A DNA stretch of 64,000 bases from Schizochytrium sp. TIO01 (GCA_004764695.1 SMSO01000031.1:348436-412435); one strand, 5' to 3'. Positions 1 through 10,928 are shown, counted from the stretch's first letter. A program made the numbers and translations. The notes: generated by a model from the sequence alone, not told the origin.

Positions 1-99
1 CAATTCCTCGCGAGAAAGAAAGAAAGAAACCCGGCCGAGCCTCGCGAAAGCTCCACCTCTCTCCCTCGAAGTCGCCTCTAACTCGCGGCAACGCCCTCC

Positions 100-210
100 T
101 TCATTCACTCATTCACTCATTCACTCATTCACTCATTCATTCATTCATTCATTCATTCACTCTTTCCTTCGTCCCTTCGTTTGTTCATTTGTTCGTTCGT
201 TCGTTCATTC
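100..210. repeat. (TCAC/TCAT)n and (TTCG)n microsatellites
   Basis: Tetranucleotide runs read directly. They are mirrored by GAAT/GAAC runs at 1434-1469. Confidence 0.9.
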
Positions 211-383
211 TATCAATCACAATCAATCAATCAATCGACACAGTTAGTTTTCGAATTCATCATTGATTGCGCTCTTAGGCGCCTGCCTACGCCGACTACC
301 ACAATGGCACTTCTATGGGGCCTCCTACGCTATTGCCTAGTCCTCTCCGCCTCATAGATTTGCATGAACTCGAATCTTCGCTT

Positions 384-1380
384 AGAATTCATTCATTCAA
401 CCAATCAAATTTGCAAAACTTGCGCTTCCTGTGGTGAAAAAGCGGGGCAATCGCGTGTCAAAAACTAACCTGGGACCCAAAGGTATTCTTGTTAAGCCAT
501 GCCCTTGGAAAGGTAGCGCCAAAGGAAGCCTCTGGCGGCGTGGATACCACGATCGGCTTCGAGTTTGTTTGCATTTTGGGGGGCATTTGACGTTCCGAGT
601 TTGTCGAGGATGGTACCACATTCATTGCGAGGTTTTGAAGTGTGATTCTCTCGGCAAGTAAACAGTCTACACAACTTGCTAGGGAGAAAGCTGGGTTTTG
701 TAAATGAGCGCTTGCCAGAAGCCAATGAACGACACATCATTCGAGCTGTCTTGATTTTGATCCATCTTGTTAACTTGTTGAGGTTTCCAATGGAGGCAAA
801 AGGATCACACGGTAGTTTTCTCAAAACCAAAGTGCAATCTTGCGGTGAATCTCGGTCGTCCAGTAGGTTACGCAAGCCTGGTCTGTTGAAGCTAATTTCG
901 TTGCCGATGTCTTTGCAGACGTGTTTGCAGCTTGGCCATTCCAGTTTCTTACCCATCTCCACTTCTTAAGAAAAGACCCCTTAACGTTTTCATAGGTCCT
1001 AAAGTTGAAACTCAACAAGTCAACAAGATAGATCAAAATCAAGATGGCTCCGATGATGTGTCGTTCGTTGGTTTCTGGCAAGCGCTTGTTCACTGAGCTC
1101 AGCTTTTCCCTGTCAGTTCTGTAAACTGGTTATTTGCCGAGAGGATCGCACTTCAAAACCACGCAGTGAATGTGGTACCATCCACGACAAGCTCGGAACA
1201 TCGAATGCCCCCCAAAAATGCAAACAAACGCGAAGCCGATCGTAGTATCTACGCCGCCAGAGACGTCCTTTCGCGCTACTACCTACCTAAGGACATGGAT
1301 TAGCTTTTGACCCGCGATAGACCTGTTTTGCCACCAAAGGAAATGCAAGCAAGTTTTGCAAATTTGATTGGTTGAATTCT
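384..1380. repeat. Long imperfect inverted repeat (arms ~384-826 and ~962-1380, loop ~135 nt); candidate hairpin-RNA locus
   Basis: By hand, 530-787 aligns to the reverse complement of 1007-1262 at roughly 85% identity (e.g. ggatggtaccacattca / tgaatgtggtaccatcc). Outer segment ttcaaccaatcaaatttgcaaaacttgc (396-423) pairs with gcaagttttgcaaatttgattggttgaa (1349-1376). Confidence 0.93.
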
Positions 1381-2026
1381 GAGTGAACTGCCCATTCTTT
1401 ACAAAGGAGTCAAGTTCTGCGAAAGCATCATCCATGAATGAACGAATGAACGAACGAACGAATGAATGGTCCATTCGACTCGGCCTCAGTTCAATCCAGC
1501 TTGAGGTGCGAAAGCCACGGTCTGCGGCGGTTCTACCTCGCTCTCTCCCAAGACCGCTCTCGACCCTTTCTCGCGAGCAATCGAAGACTGAGCGCAGCGA
1601 ATTCTGAAAATGCCCGCAACGATTGATCGTCAACGACGCACGGAGTTCGAGTTTAAGCGCTCGAGTCCCAAAGGCCCAAATTCAAGAGTTCAAATTCAAA
1701 TTCAAACATTTCGAAAATTCAAAATTCGAAGGCTCAAATGCAAATCAACTTAGTCGTATCGTAGTTCATATAGAGCCCTTCATTCCGCTAGTTCTACCTA
1801 TACACATGCTAGCTGTGCCTACTATAGAATTTCCATTCATTCTTTTCTTCTATTCTTTTTAAAAATTAAATTAAAATTGAAATCAAGAATTAACCTGAGA
1901 GGAGATATTTTAATTTGATTTAAATTATTTAATTTTTAAAAAGTAAAAAAAAAAAGAAAAAAAAAAAGTTGAAAACTATTGATAAACCCAATTTCTTATC
2001 CACCGTGAAAAGGAGAATAAGTATCA

Positions 2027-2077
2027 AAGAAGAGAAGAGAAGAGAAGAGAAGAGAAGAGAAGAGAAGAGAAGAGAGA
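2027..2077. repeat. (GAAGA)n pentanucleotide microsatellite
   Basis: About 10 tandem copies read directly. Confidence 0.95.
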
Positions 2078-2607
2078 ATGAGAGCAATCAGAAAAGGAAA
2101 GCGGAAAAGAAAGAAATGTGCTGCAACTTGGATGACCAAAAACGGAGAACGCAGGAATCCACGCGCGAGTTTATGCCTTCGCGCCGCCTTCCTCTCCCTT
2201 AAGCACGCAGAAGGGGAGGGAGAGAGACGCCTGAGAGGGCAATGGGTTGACGGCCAAAGGGCCCAAAGGGAGGGCCCAGAGGGAGGGGACAGAGGGCCGC
2301 CTGACGTTGGAGCGCAGGAGAAACGAGGCGCGCCCTCTTAGGCTCTAGATAGGACCTCCGCTAGGACGTTGCAAATAACTTGAACTTAGTAGTGACCATT
2401 TACTTTTACTTTTATTTTTATTTTAAAACATAGATGTATATATTTATATGTACATCTTTAAACTATGCCTCTGCTTTCTATCAATCAATGACTATTTTTA
2501 TTTATTATTTTGAACGATAAATTTTGTTGAAAACTATGATGATAATAAGGAGAAGCAAGCGCCCAAGTTGTTTTACTTTTTAAATTGAAGCATTGAGAGG
2601 AAGTAGC

Positions 2608-2958
2608 AGAGAGAACTCTTGGTGGCACGATGATGGCTATGCTTTAGCCTAGGGGGTCCTACTGCGCTCGGGCGCAAAAGACGCCGCCACGAGTTCCCTG
2701 TGTTACCCGGATGCTCTGCGTTCTATGTTCCGAGAGGCGGGGATCATTCCTTGCTCGTGGACAACCCGCCTTAATCGAGAGCGGGTTCTCACCATACTGT
2801 TTCCGGTATAACCGTCGGACATATTGTATATTAGGGATATGAAAAAGGCACCTTAAATGTTTCTCTCACGGGTTCCCCCCGCACTTGGTGGAACATAGAA
2901 TGTACGGTGGAAGCGGCTTCAGGGCAGTCGATGGATTGGAGAAGTACTTTAAACTTTT
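2608..2958 (+). ncRNA. Putative structured non-coding RNA of unknown family
   Basis: Nested helices found by eye: 2610-2626/2683-2699, 2717-2731/2890-2904, 2737-2742/2877-2882, 2753-2760/2866-2873, 2763-2769/2781-2787, 2794-2799/2804-2809, 2831-2836/2851-2856. Wobbles are G-U on the + strand. No ORF covers the folded core, and TTTT follows at 2955-2958. Confidence 0.45.
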
Positions 2959-3011
2959 CAAAGACGATAGGCGCAGGAAGAGAGCTTAAGTTAAGAACGA
3001 CAGTCCACTTC

Positions 3012-3079
3012 GGCAGAGCCGCGATTCGGGCAGAGCCGCGATTCAGGCGGAATCACGATTCAGGCAATATCACGATTGT
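3012..3079. repeat. Four degenerate 17-bp tandem repeats (GGC.....C.CGATT..)
   Basis: ggcagagccgcgattcg / ggcagagccgcgattca / ggcggaatcacgattca / ggcaatatcacgattgt. Confidence 0.85.
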
Positions 3080-3687
3080 GGATCATGAGTTTCGACTCAG
3101 GTTGTAGACACTGAATTGTCCATGACGTTGTTGGTGGTGCTGTTGATGAAGTGCGACGTATCCATGTTTATGCCCGTTGACGATGTGGATGAGCAGCCTT
3201 ATACTACTATGAGATCTATGTCATCTATGATTACTACTGTTCTGTTCTTTAAAACATAGGAGGAACAGAGCCCTGGTCGTTGGGGTTACTTACTTGGAAG
3301 TCTTCGCTATATCCGTACTGACTGCTTGTTGTTGTGTTCTTTAAAGATTAAATAGTTGAAGAATCACTCAGAACGAGCTTATCTAGCTAGCTAGATTCTG
3401 TGTCGTAGTACTTAGTAAATCCTGAAACTGAAACAGTCTCATACATTCTGCTTTTACAGTATATACGTGAAAGGTTTGACGCGGTACCTCTCTCTAACTA
3501 GTGAGAGCGCTTCTTTTACATGATGATGTATTTATCAGCTTCATATAAAGAAATTCTCGTTTTGCGACACGCCTAAGAATAAAATAGAGCAACTTGATTT
3601 TTTCAATACATTCCGAAATCAATTCACCACGAATTCGCCTCATGTCAATTTCTTCGTGGCATCTATAATGGTGTTGGTAATCTGCGG

Positions 3688-4702
3688 TTGATGAAAATAC
3701 CACTCATCAAGGGTCCCAGTGATTCTGGCAAGACTCGTCTAGCTGTTGAGTTGGTGAAGTATGGAATGGAAAAGGCCAACGATATGAAAAAGAAATCATT
3801 ATCTACGCTCATCTCGATGAACAATCATCTTTATATGATTCCTCGAACTTTTGTCGAGTCAATTCCTCTGGGATAGCTAGTGGCAATTTTGTTGGTTACA
3901 TATCAGCTATGCTTTTGTCTGTTTTTTAAAAGATAGAATAGATCCCTCCTCTGAACACTATTGTGTGTCTTATGAAGGGGTTCGTGGAATACCGGGCTGG
4001 GCAGCTCGCAATCAAGCTTCAAACAATTTAAGACGTTGATATGCTTCTTCTGCATTTAGACGAGTACTATGATGATCTTGCTGGGACGAACGCATTGTTC
4101 AAATAATGCGGGAAGACCTTCCTTTGGAGTAGGGAAGTAGCTGCCTCAAAATTTTCTCAATCATCACTAGTATGACAAGTTATGTGTCACTCAACCGTTT
4201 GGTGACAATCTTTACTGGTTGTTACTTAAATATGTCTATGAATGCTGTCCAGAACGTGATGGTCAGTTTACTTCGTGGTTTGAACAACTATCCTGACTCT
4301 GTAACTCAACTCGAGAGGCAATATTTGCAGATTCTTACCCGTGCTGCTTATCGGCGCGTCGCACCACAGTCAGAGCTGGACACGGTGCACGATCGCCTTC
4401 AGGAATGGCCGAATTTACGCCCTGGCCTAAATGATATTGATGGACATCCTCGTTTCTATGAGTTCGCACTTAAGCTATCGACACAAGAAAGGTTGGTTCT
4501 TTTTGATGAAAGTGGGAGTTTCGAGGAAATACATGGAGATCCTAGGTTGCTTCTTATACGCGTGAATCCCGACGTCGAAAGGTATCAAAATTGTTTTTAT
4601 ACTGTTGTTGAAGAGGCAATGGATGTTTCAATGAGAGTGATTCTACAGTTTCGGCCCATGTCACTTACCCTGGTGATCAAGGAAACCCTCGTCTCAAACT
4701 GA
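3688..4702 (+). pseudogene. Decayed P-loop NTPase gene (possibly Crinkler/RHS-type effector NTPase)
   Basis: Walker A-like IKGPSDSGKTRLAVEL (from ~3706) and Walker B-like MLLLHLDEYY (4041-4070) lie in different frames, separated by stops. A 176-codon remnant follows at 4172-4702. Confidence 0.55.
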
Positions 4703-6777
4703 ACTCTCAAGCTAACCTACGTTCTAGCCTCTACTAGGTACGTCCACGATGTTGTGTAGGTGGCCAGGTCCATAGGCGGCTTGCTTACATTTTCATATCC
4801 ATTGGCTGGTACATCTCTATGCCGAGTTTCGGTGGCAGTTGTGCTTAGGAGGGCTTTGCTTTGCTCTTGTACTTGAAGTTTCGAACCCACAAACGTGAAG
4901 GCTCATAACACAATTGCTCATCTTCGTCAGCTCTCCAGCCTCCACGAGGCTTGTACAACACGACACTTCGGAAAGTTGGAGCCTGGGCGTCGCAGGATTA
5001 TGGGCAAATGTAGGCATCTTAGAGTGGGGAACTTAGCGCACAGTCGATGTGTTACTGTCAGAGTTGTGCCTCTTTGTACCAGTAGAGCAAAGATGTAGAA
5101 GGTCCGTTACCATCACCTACGGGTTTTAAGCTTGAGTCTGAAAGGGAGTCATGATCTTATGATGATGCTGTAGTGGTCTCGAAACAGAACAGAGGAAAGA
5201 ACAAGCATACATCAACTTAAAAAACACAACATTCGCTCGCTCAGAATATGAATCTAATTATAATTACTTGACAAAGAGTTTAACTCAAGCTACTACTACT
5301 GCTGTTGCTGCCTTACTTCTTCCTTCCAAAATCATATTATAAATACAAGAATGAAGAAGAATGAGCAGCTGAGTATGTATATAACTAACTCTTGGGGATT
5401 GCGAAGTGAGGTACTGAAAGCAACGAGTTTAATTCTTTCAAGTTGTATTTAAACAACATACGAGAGAGAAAATCATCCTTTCGTCTCAGGTTAATGCGGT
5501 CGTCCTGTTCAACACTTAAACAGAAAAAGCTTTCGAACCGCAAACCGTCATAGTGATTACTTGTCATGCAGCCAAGCCACGAAAACAGCACCAAACAAAC
5601 AGACGTCTGCCCAGGGCTCTGAGAACAGCGTGGTACTTGCACTGCCTTACAGCACCGTTTCACTTCAGATTGATAGATTTAAATGCTTGCGTTGAAATGA
5701 CAGCAACGATAAACATTTCTGACCCATCTGTAACTTGATATATTTTGTTGCATTGTCATTAATTGCTGCATCAGGAATTTGTTGACAAGATGTATTGTTA
5801 TGATGAGAACTCAACACTGCTTAGGCAGCCTCCATCACCATTTGATGGTGACCATGAACTCCCAAGCCTCGAGGATTTGGACTGCCTTGGTAAATAGTAC
5901 TAGGAGACCATGGATGAGTAGCGAACGAAAAAAGAGACTAACCAGGATCACCACGCCCTGATACGAAGAGTTTGAAACAATAAATCCAAGGCCATTGCTT
6001 GAACTCATGATTTGGGTGTTACTTTCCTGGCTCGATTTGTTTCAATTGTTCCATTAGAGATTTATGGAGGACATGGCTGCCTGCTTATTTACACAGCAAT
6101 TCAAACGCGACCGGGTCTTTTACCTGAAACAATCGCAATGGTAATCACATAACCCACACATTCAAGCTTGCTCAAGTCTTGCAATTCATTTGTTCTGTTC
6201 AGGCTAAAACACTTGAGTAGAAGCAAAGAACATGAAACAGAGTATGTCTGATGTTCGTCGCAGATGGTGGCGTTTACTAAATGGCTTTAGACGCGTAATT
6301 TGCACTACGCGATCTAGGCAGCATTCTCAAGTGTGCTGATCGTTCACATGAAGCCCTAGCAAACGTGAAAATTTGACATGCCTGACGCGACGGTAGAAGT
6401 GGGTTTGCCAGCGAAGTTCCAACTCATTTAGTCAGGCGTCAAGCCTCATGGCTTAGCTGAATCTATGGGAATGAGTCCAAAGTCTCACAAACTAAGAATA
6501 GGGATTCCCATTCCGCCAGTGCCAGTTTCTAAGGCGACATGGTGACTATTGAATGTCCATGTCAGCTATTATAGTCTACGCGACTAATGAAAACCTGATC
6601 AAGAAGGTTCTCCAACTCATGGTTCGAGCAAAGCTTACGAATAGAAAGTTCGACTTCGAATGCTATAGTTCGTATGAACACGAGCTCATCCCTCCTTGAG
6701 TATCGCAGTCAAGCAATGGAAATGCAAGTGATGGTGATGACGAAATTAACTGCAATAATGACGATGTTGGTGTGAAT

Positions 6778-7449
6778 TTAGGAAAGGTATGATGGTGATG
6801 GTGATGGTGAAGGCGACCGTGGTGGTGACATACTGCGTTGGTTGCGCACCGCTGCAGCGAGGTGCCAAGTACTCTTCGTAGCGACATTAGCAAACATGAA
6901 AGCGAGAATCCACGCACAAGAATCTACTATATCTAGTGCATGTTTAAGTGTGATCTCGCCCTCACGGAAGAACGCTATTGCTAATGCAAAAATACAGCAC
7001 GAGAGCATGACCTCAGCAATGTGCCTGATGACAACACGTCGTTTCTGCGCCGCAAACTCTTGGTACTCTTCAGGGATAGCACTGAAGCCCGTCCCGTCTA
7101 TGTTCCAAAGTCCGCGGATAATCATGACTCATTCGTAATTGACGCCGAGGGAGACCGCCACGCCGCCCGTTATACACAGGCGCACAGAACGACCAAACGG
7201 CATGGACGGCGCCTCTTCGGACGGCGCTAGGTACCCATAAAGACCAATTCCAATCAGCGCAGCGCCCACCGCGACGCGGAACTGTGCGTCGCGTCTCGTG
7301 ATGACACGCAAGCCTGAGGTCGGCAGCGCCGGTAGCGCCACCGATACCCGGCCAAGCATGGCGATCCGAGTTTGAAGTGTTCCCAGGGACTGGACGTTCT
7401 GGGTTAATAAATTGATCAATCCATCTCCAAGGTTCTTCAAGATCGCCAT
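6778..7449 (-). pseudogene. Membrane protein ORF (~4 hydrophobic segments) interrupted by one in-frame TGA; pseudogene or recoded gene
   Basis: ORFs 7129..7458 and 6778..7125 share one frame: ...aat tac gaa TGA gtc atg att... First ATG is at 7449. Confidence 0.5.
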
Positions 7450-8109
7450 GATCGTCACTAATTGACTGATTTATTATATTCTTATTACATTATAATAACA
7501 TATGCATTTCATTAATTCATTCATTGCTCGAGGAACTACTACTGACCTACTAGCTACTAACTAGTTCATAGTACCAATAACACGGTCTTTCATCTGAGCT
7601 TCTAGCAACCTCGTAACCTATACTCTATATCCAAATTGAACAGAAAACCTGTCTTCCCACATATCATCCATAGTGCGAAAGAATGAGATATGAGAAGCGG
7701 GTCATTAGGCCTCCCACAGTGAAGTGTGGGAACACTCGTCCACAGAAGCAGCCTTAAAAGAGGCGGCACAGACATGGTGAAAATGGAGAACTTAAGGTGA
7801 TTAAACAGTGTCTGTGGCAAGGAGCAAAGAACTTAGAATCGGAAGGCGGTGAGGAAAGCGAGAGAATGGAGAGATATCCAAGGGAAGCATCGATGATATT
7901 GCGAGGCACGCGGCTTCAGAGAAGGGGGGAAGCTTGAAAGTACGATTAACTTAGTTTCAATTAGCACTGTAGTAGTAATTGGCATTTCATTTCACAAGGC
8001 AATCTTGGATGGCGTCTATGATGATCGAAGTATTGTACGAGTTTCTAATTCGGAACAAAGTGTTTATATATGTCAAGCTGATATGGGACACCATCGTAGA
8101 GCGATAAGA

Positions 8110-8180
8110 TCTCCTGTGATGTAATGGCAGCATGTCAGACTCTGACTCTGACAACCGTGGTTCGATTCCGCGTAGGAGAA
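8110..8180 (+). tRNA. tRNA-Gln (anticodon CTG)
   Basis: Cloverleaf: acceptor TCTCCTG/TAGGAGA, D stem ATGT/GCAT, anticodon stem TCAGA/TCTGA with loop CT-CTG-AC, T arm CGTGG-TTCGATT-CCGCG. A Pol III T-run follows. Confidence 0.92.
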
Positions 8181-8183
8181 TTA

Positions 8184-8189
8184 TTTTTT
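8184..8189 (+). terminator. Pol III oligo-T terminator of the tRNA gene
   Basis: TTTTTT 4 nt after the discriminator base. Confidence 0.7.
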
Positions 8190-9361
8190 CGAATTTAAAT
8201 TTTTATTTTTTATTTTTTATTTTATTATTAATAATTAACTTAGTAATGATAATTTTATTATCACTATTTTAATTAAAATATATCTAAGCCTAGTAACTAT
8301 CATATGGCACTATCCTAATAAATAGTTAGAATGGTACGTAGATGTAGGTGTATCCATTGTACGACTGCTTTTTTCTTTGATTTTTAAAGTAGCACAAGTT
8401 CTTGGAGGAGAAGTTTACCTATTTCACGTGAAAGGATGCTAAGGAGTACCATGAACAAAATAGGGCTTCTGTTCGCTGTTGTATATCAAATGATACTAGG
8501 AAAATTGCGTCTTTCATCTTCTATTTCCTCTCAAGTTTGGGAGCGGCAATGGATGGGGTCCGCAGAGTGACTTCCTTAAGATAAGTTTAAGCTAATGAAG
8601 GATATGCAATTTAAAGTTGGAATTACAAGGGCTAGGTGAGCTCCTAAAACACAATCTTTCTACTTTAATTTTACATAAAAAAGCAAGAGGTTTTGAAAAA
8701 ATTTATGTTTCAATCAAGACCATTAGATAATTGTCGCCTGAATTTGACATTGAAACTCTATGGGATGTCGTAATAACAAGCTAAATGGAAAGCTTCATGT
8801 TATAAAACAAACTCTTGAGTTTCCTCAAAACGAAAGAATTTTTCATCCGCTGCTTTAATATTGGTCTAGAAAATGACGAGGGTTGGTAACGGCTTAGCTT
8901 TATCCATTTTCCCCATAGGGTATAGAGAAAAAGAATTTTAAAACAATCTCTTAGTCGTTTGTATCCACAAAGACAAATACGCATACAATCAAATCGTAAG
9001 CGAACCTGAGAATCGAGCGATAAACTTTAAGAGTAGAAGCACATGTTCGTAAGAGCATGACAAACTCACATGAGACAACACAAGTGCCGAAAAAACAAAA
9101 AACAGAAGAAAGGAAATCTGATGGGCTTGTCGACAATACATGGAAGCTGTACTGCTCATTTCCTTAGTTTTACCGGGCGAAAGCAGTCAAAGGAGACTTG
9201 CACGTAGTGTTGAGGAGAAAGACCATGCAACATCAAAACAACATTACGCTATTATAATAAAACATAACAAAGTGCAGCAAAGGGCATCGACGAAGATCCA
9301 CACAACGACGACACAAGCAAGCAAGCGCAAAAAGCGCAATATAATGGCAGTGACTACTTCC

Positions 9362-10865
9362 TCAAAACATTACATCAGAACTTTCTGGGCAGAAGATCCG
9401 TGACCGGTCACGAACTTGTCGTGCTGATGCAATTGTAACCTTTCTGTTTTGCCGAGCCATGGTAAATCGTTCTTCAGAAAGACTCATAAGCGGTGAACTT
9501 TGCGGCCTTTGCCTTCCTATAGCTATATGTGCAGGTCTCGCTCCTGCTTTGGATGAAGGTCTACTTTTTGACACATCCTCGGCTGCCATCGACCAACTCG
9601 ACGAAACACGGCGCACACAGCCCAACTCACCTGTATCCAAATAAGCAAAGATTCCCTGAAGAGCTGTTGACGGCATTTGTAGCATTAATAACGCTGCAGG
9701 TTTTTGTATTTCAGCTTCTGCTTGAGCATCAACTGTTTCTTCGGCATTCTTGATTTTGTTGTTGCTGCTAGCTTCAACAGCCTCACCTCCCGAAACTTTA
9801 TTAGTAGACTCCAGATCTTGAGCTTGCACTCCGCTTTGCGCTTGATTCCGTTTGCGAGACTGCTGTGTCATATTTTGGTGAAGATCCTTCCGGAAGGATT
9901 CAGGTTCAGAAGTAGGTGAAATTTCACTAGCGCCGCTTTTCTGGCCTTCATAGCGGCAACTATGGCGTTTCTCGTGTTTGTATCGGCAGCCTGCTCAAGC
10001 GCAGTATCTCCAAATCGGTCTTTCGCGGCTGGGTTATCTCCATGCACTACAAGCACTCTCGCTACGGCTGCATGACCTTTCCTTGCCGCGAAAAACACTG
10101 GCGACTCCGCAAACTCAGTGGTACTCTGTACCTGTGCTCCAGACCCTAGCAATATCTCAACAATTTTCAAGTATCCCGCATAGCTCGCAAGATGGAGCGC
10201 GGTTTCTCCAGCATCATTTAAAGCATTCACTTCAGCTCCCAGTTTAATGCACATCTCAACTGTTGCTCTAGATCCGCTCCTTGCCGCAGCCAGCAGAGCT
10301 GTATCTCCGCTCCCAGCATCTCTAGCACCCTTGCCGCCTCCGCGATGCCACGTAAGTCGAACCTTCTCTGCATCGCCACTACCCGCTGCTCTTAGGAGCG
10401 CTTCCCGCGGTGCCGCCTCCAGCCTGCGCAAGGTCTCGCTGCTCCACGCATTTATGCGCTCTCTAGTTTTGGGCACTTGGTTATTTGTCGCAGACGTCAG
10501 CGTTGAGGCAGCATCGGCGGGGTTGATGCATTTGGGAATGCGGAAGACTTCAAGATTGTCGACGCTGAGAGTCTTGGCGGAGATATTCCTGATGGAGAGG
10601 AGGTCTTTAGAGACGCCTTCAGAGACGATAAAGAAGCCGCCAAAGCGGCGGCTTGGGAAGCACAAGCGCGTTTTCGGGCGTATGCGACGACAGCACAAGC
10701 AGGATCGGCACCACGGACGTCCACAAGTGCGCGGAGCTCGTCTCGAAGACTTGGAGGCGCCCTGGGAGTCCGAGGGGTATCTCTGGGTGAAGTGATGGCT
10801 CTGCGAAGGGTACTGTCACCGACGGGGATGCTATTGGTATGGTTGTTGCTGCCACTGCTGTAAGT

Positions 10866-10928
<63 letters not shown>

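Noticed and set aside
431-661. PHD-like (CRGWYHIHC) or PP-loop-like (SGGVDT) peptides in the hairpin arms
   Set aside because: Short motifs in different frames with no ATG-initiated ORF conserved in both arms; likely chance.
2608-2958. Telomerase RNA, SRP, U3, U4 or RNase P/MRP identity for the structured segment
   Set aside because: There is only a single TTAGGG (no 1.5-repeat template), and the diagnostic boxes or helices of the other families were not found.
3012-3079. CRISPR array (also considered for 61045-61114)
   Set aside because: These are tandem repeats without unique spacers, in a eukaryotic context with no cas genes.
6500-6777. SECIS element for the in-frame TGA gene
   Set aside because: ATGA motifs exist, but none has the spacing, apical AA and matching GA of a canonical SECIS by eye.
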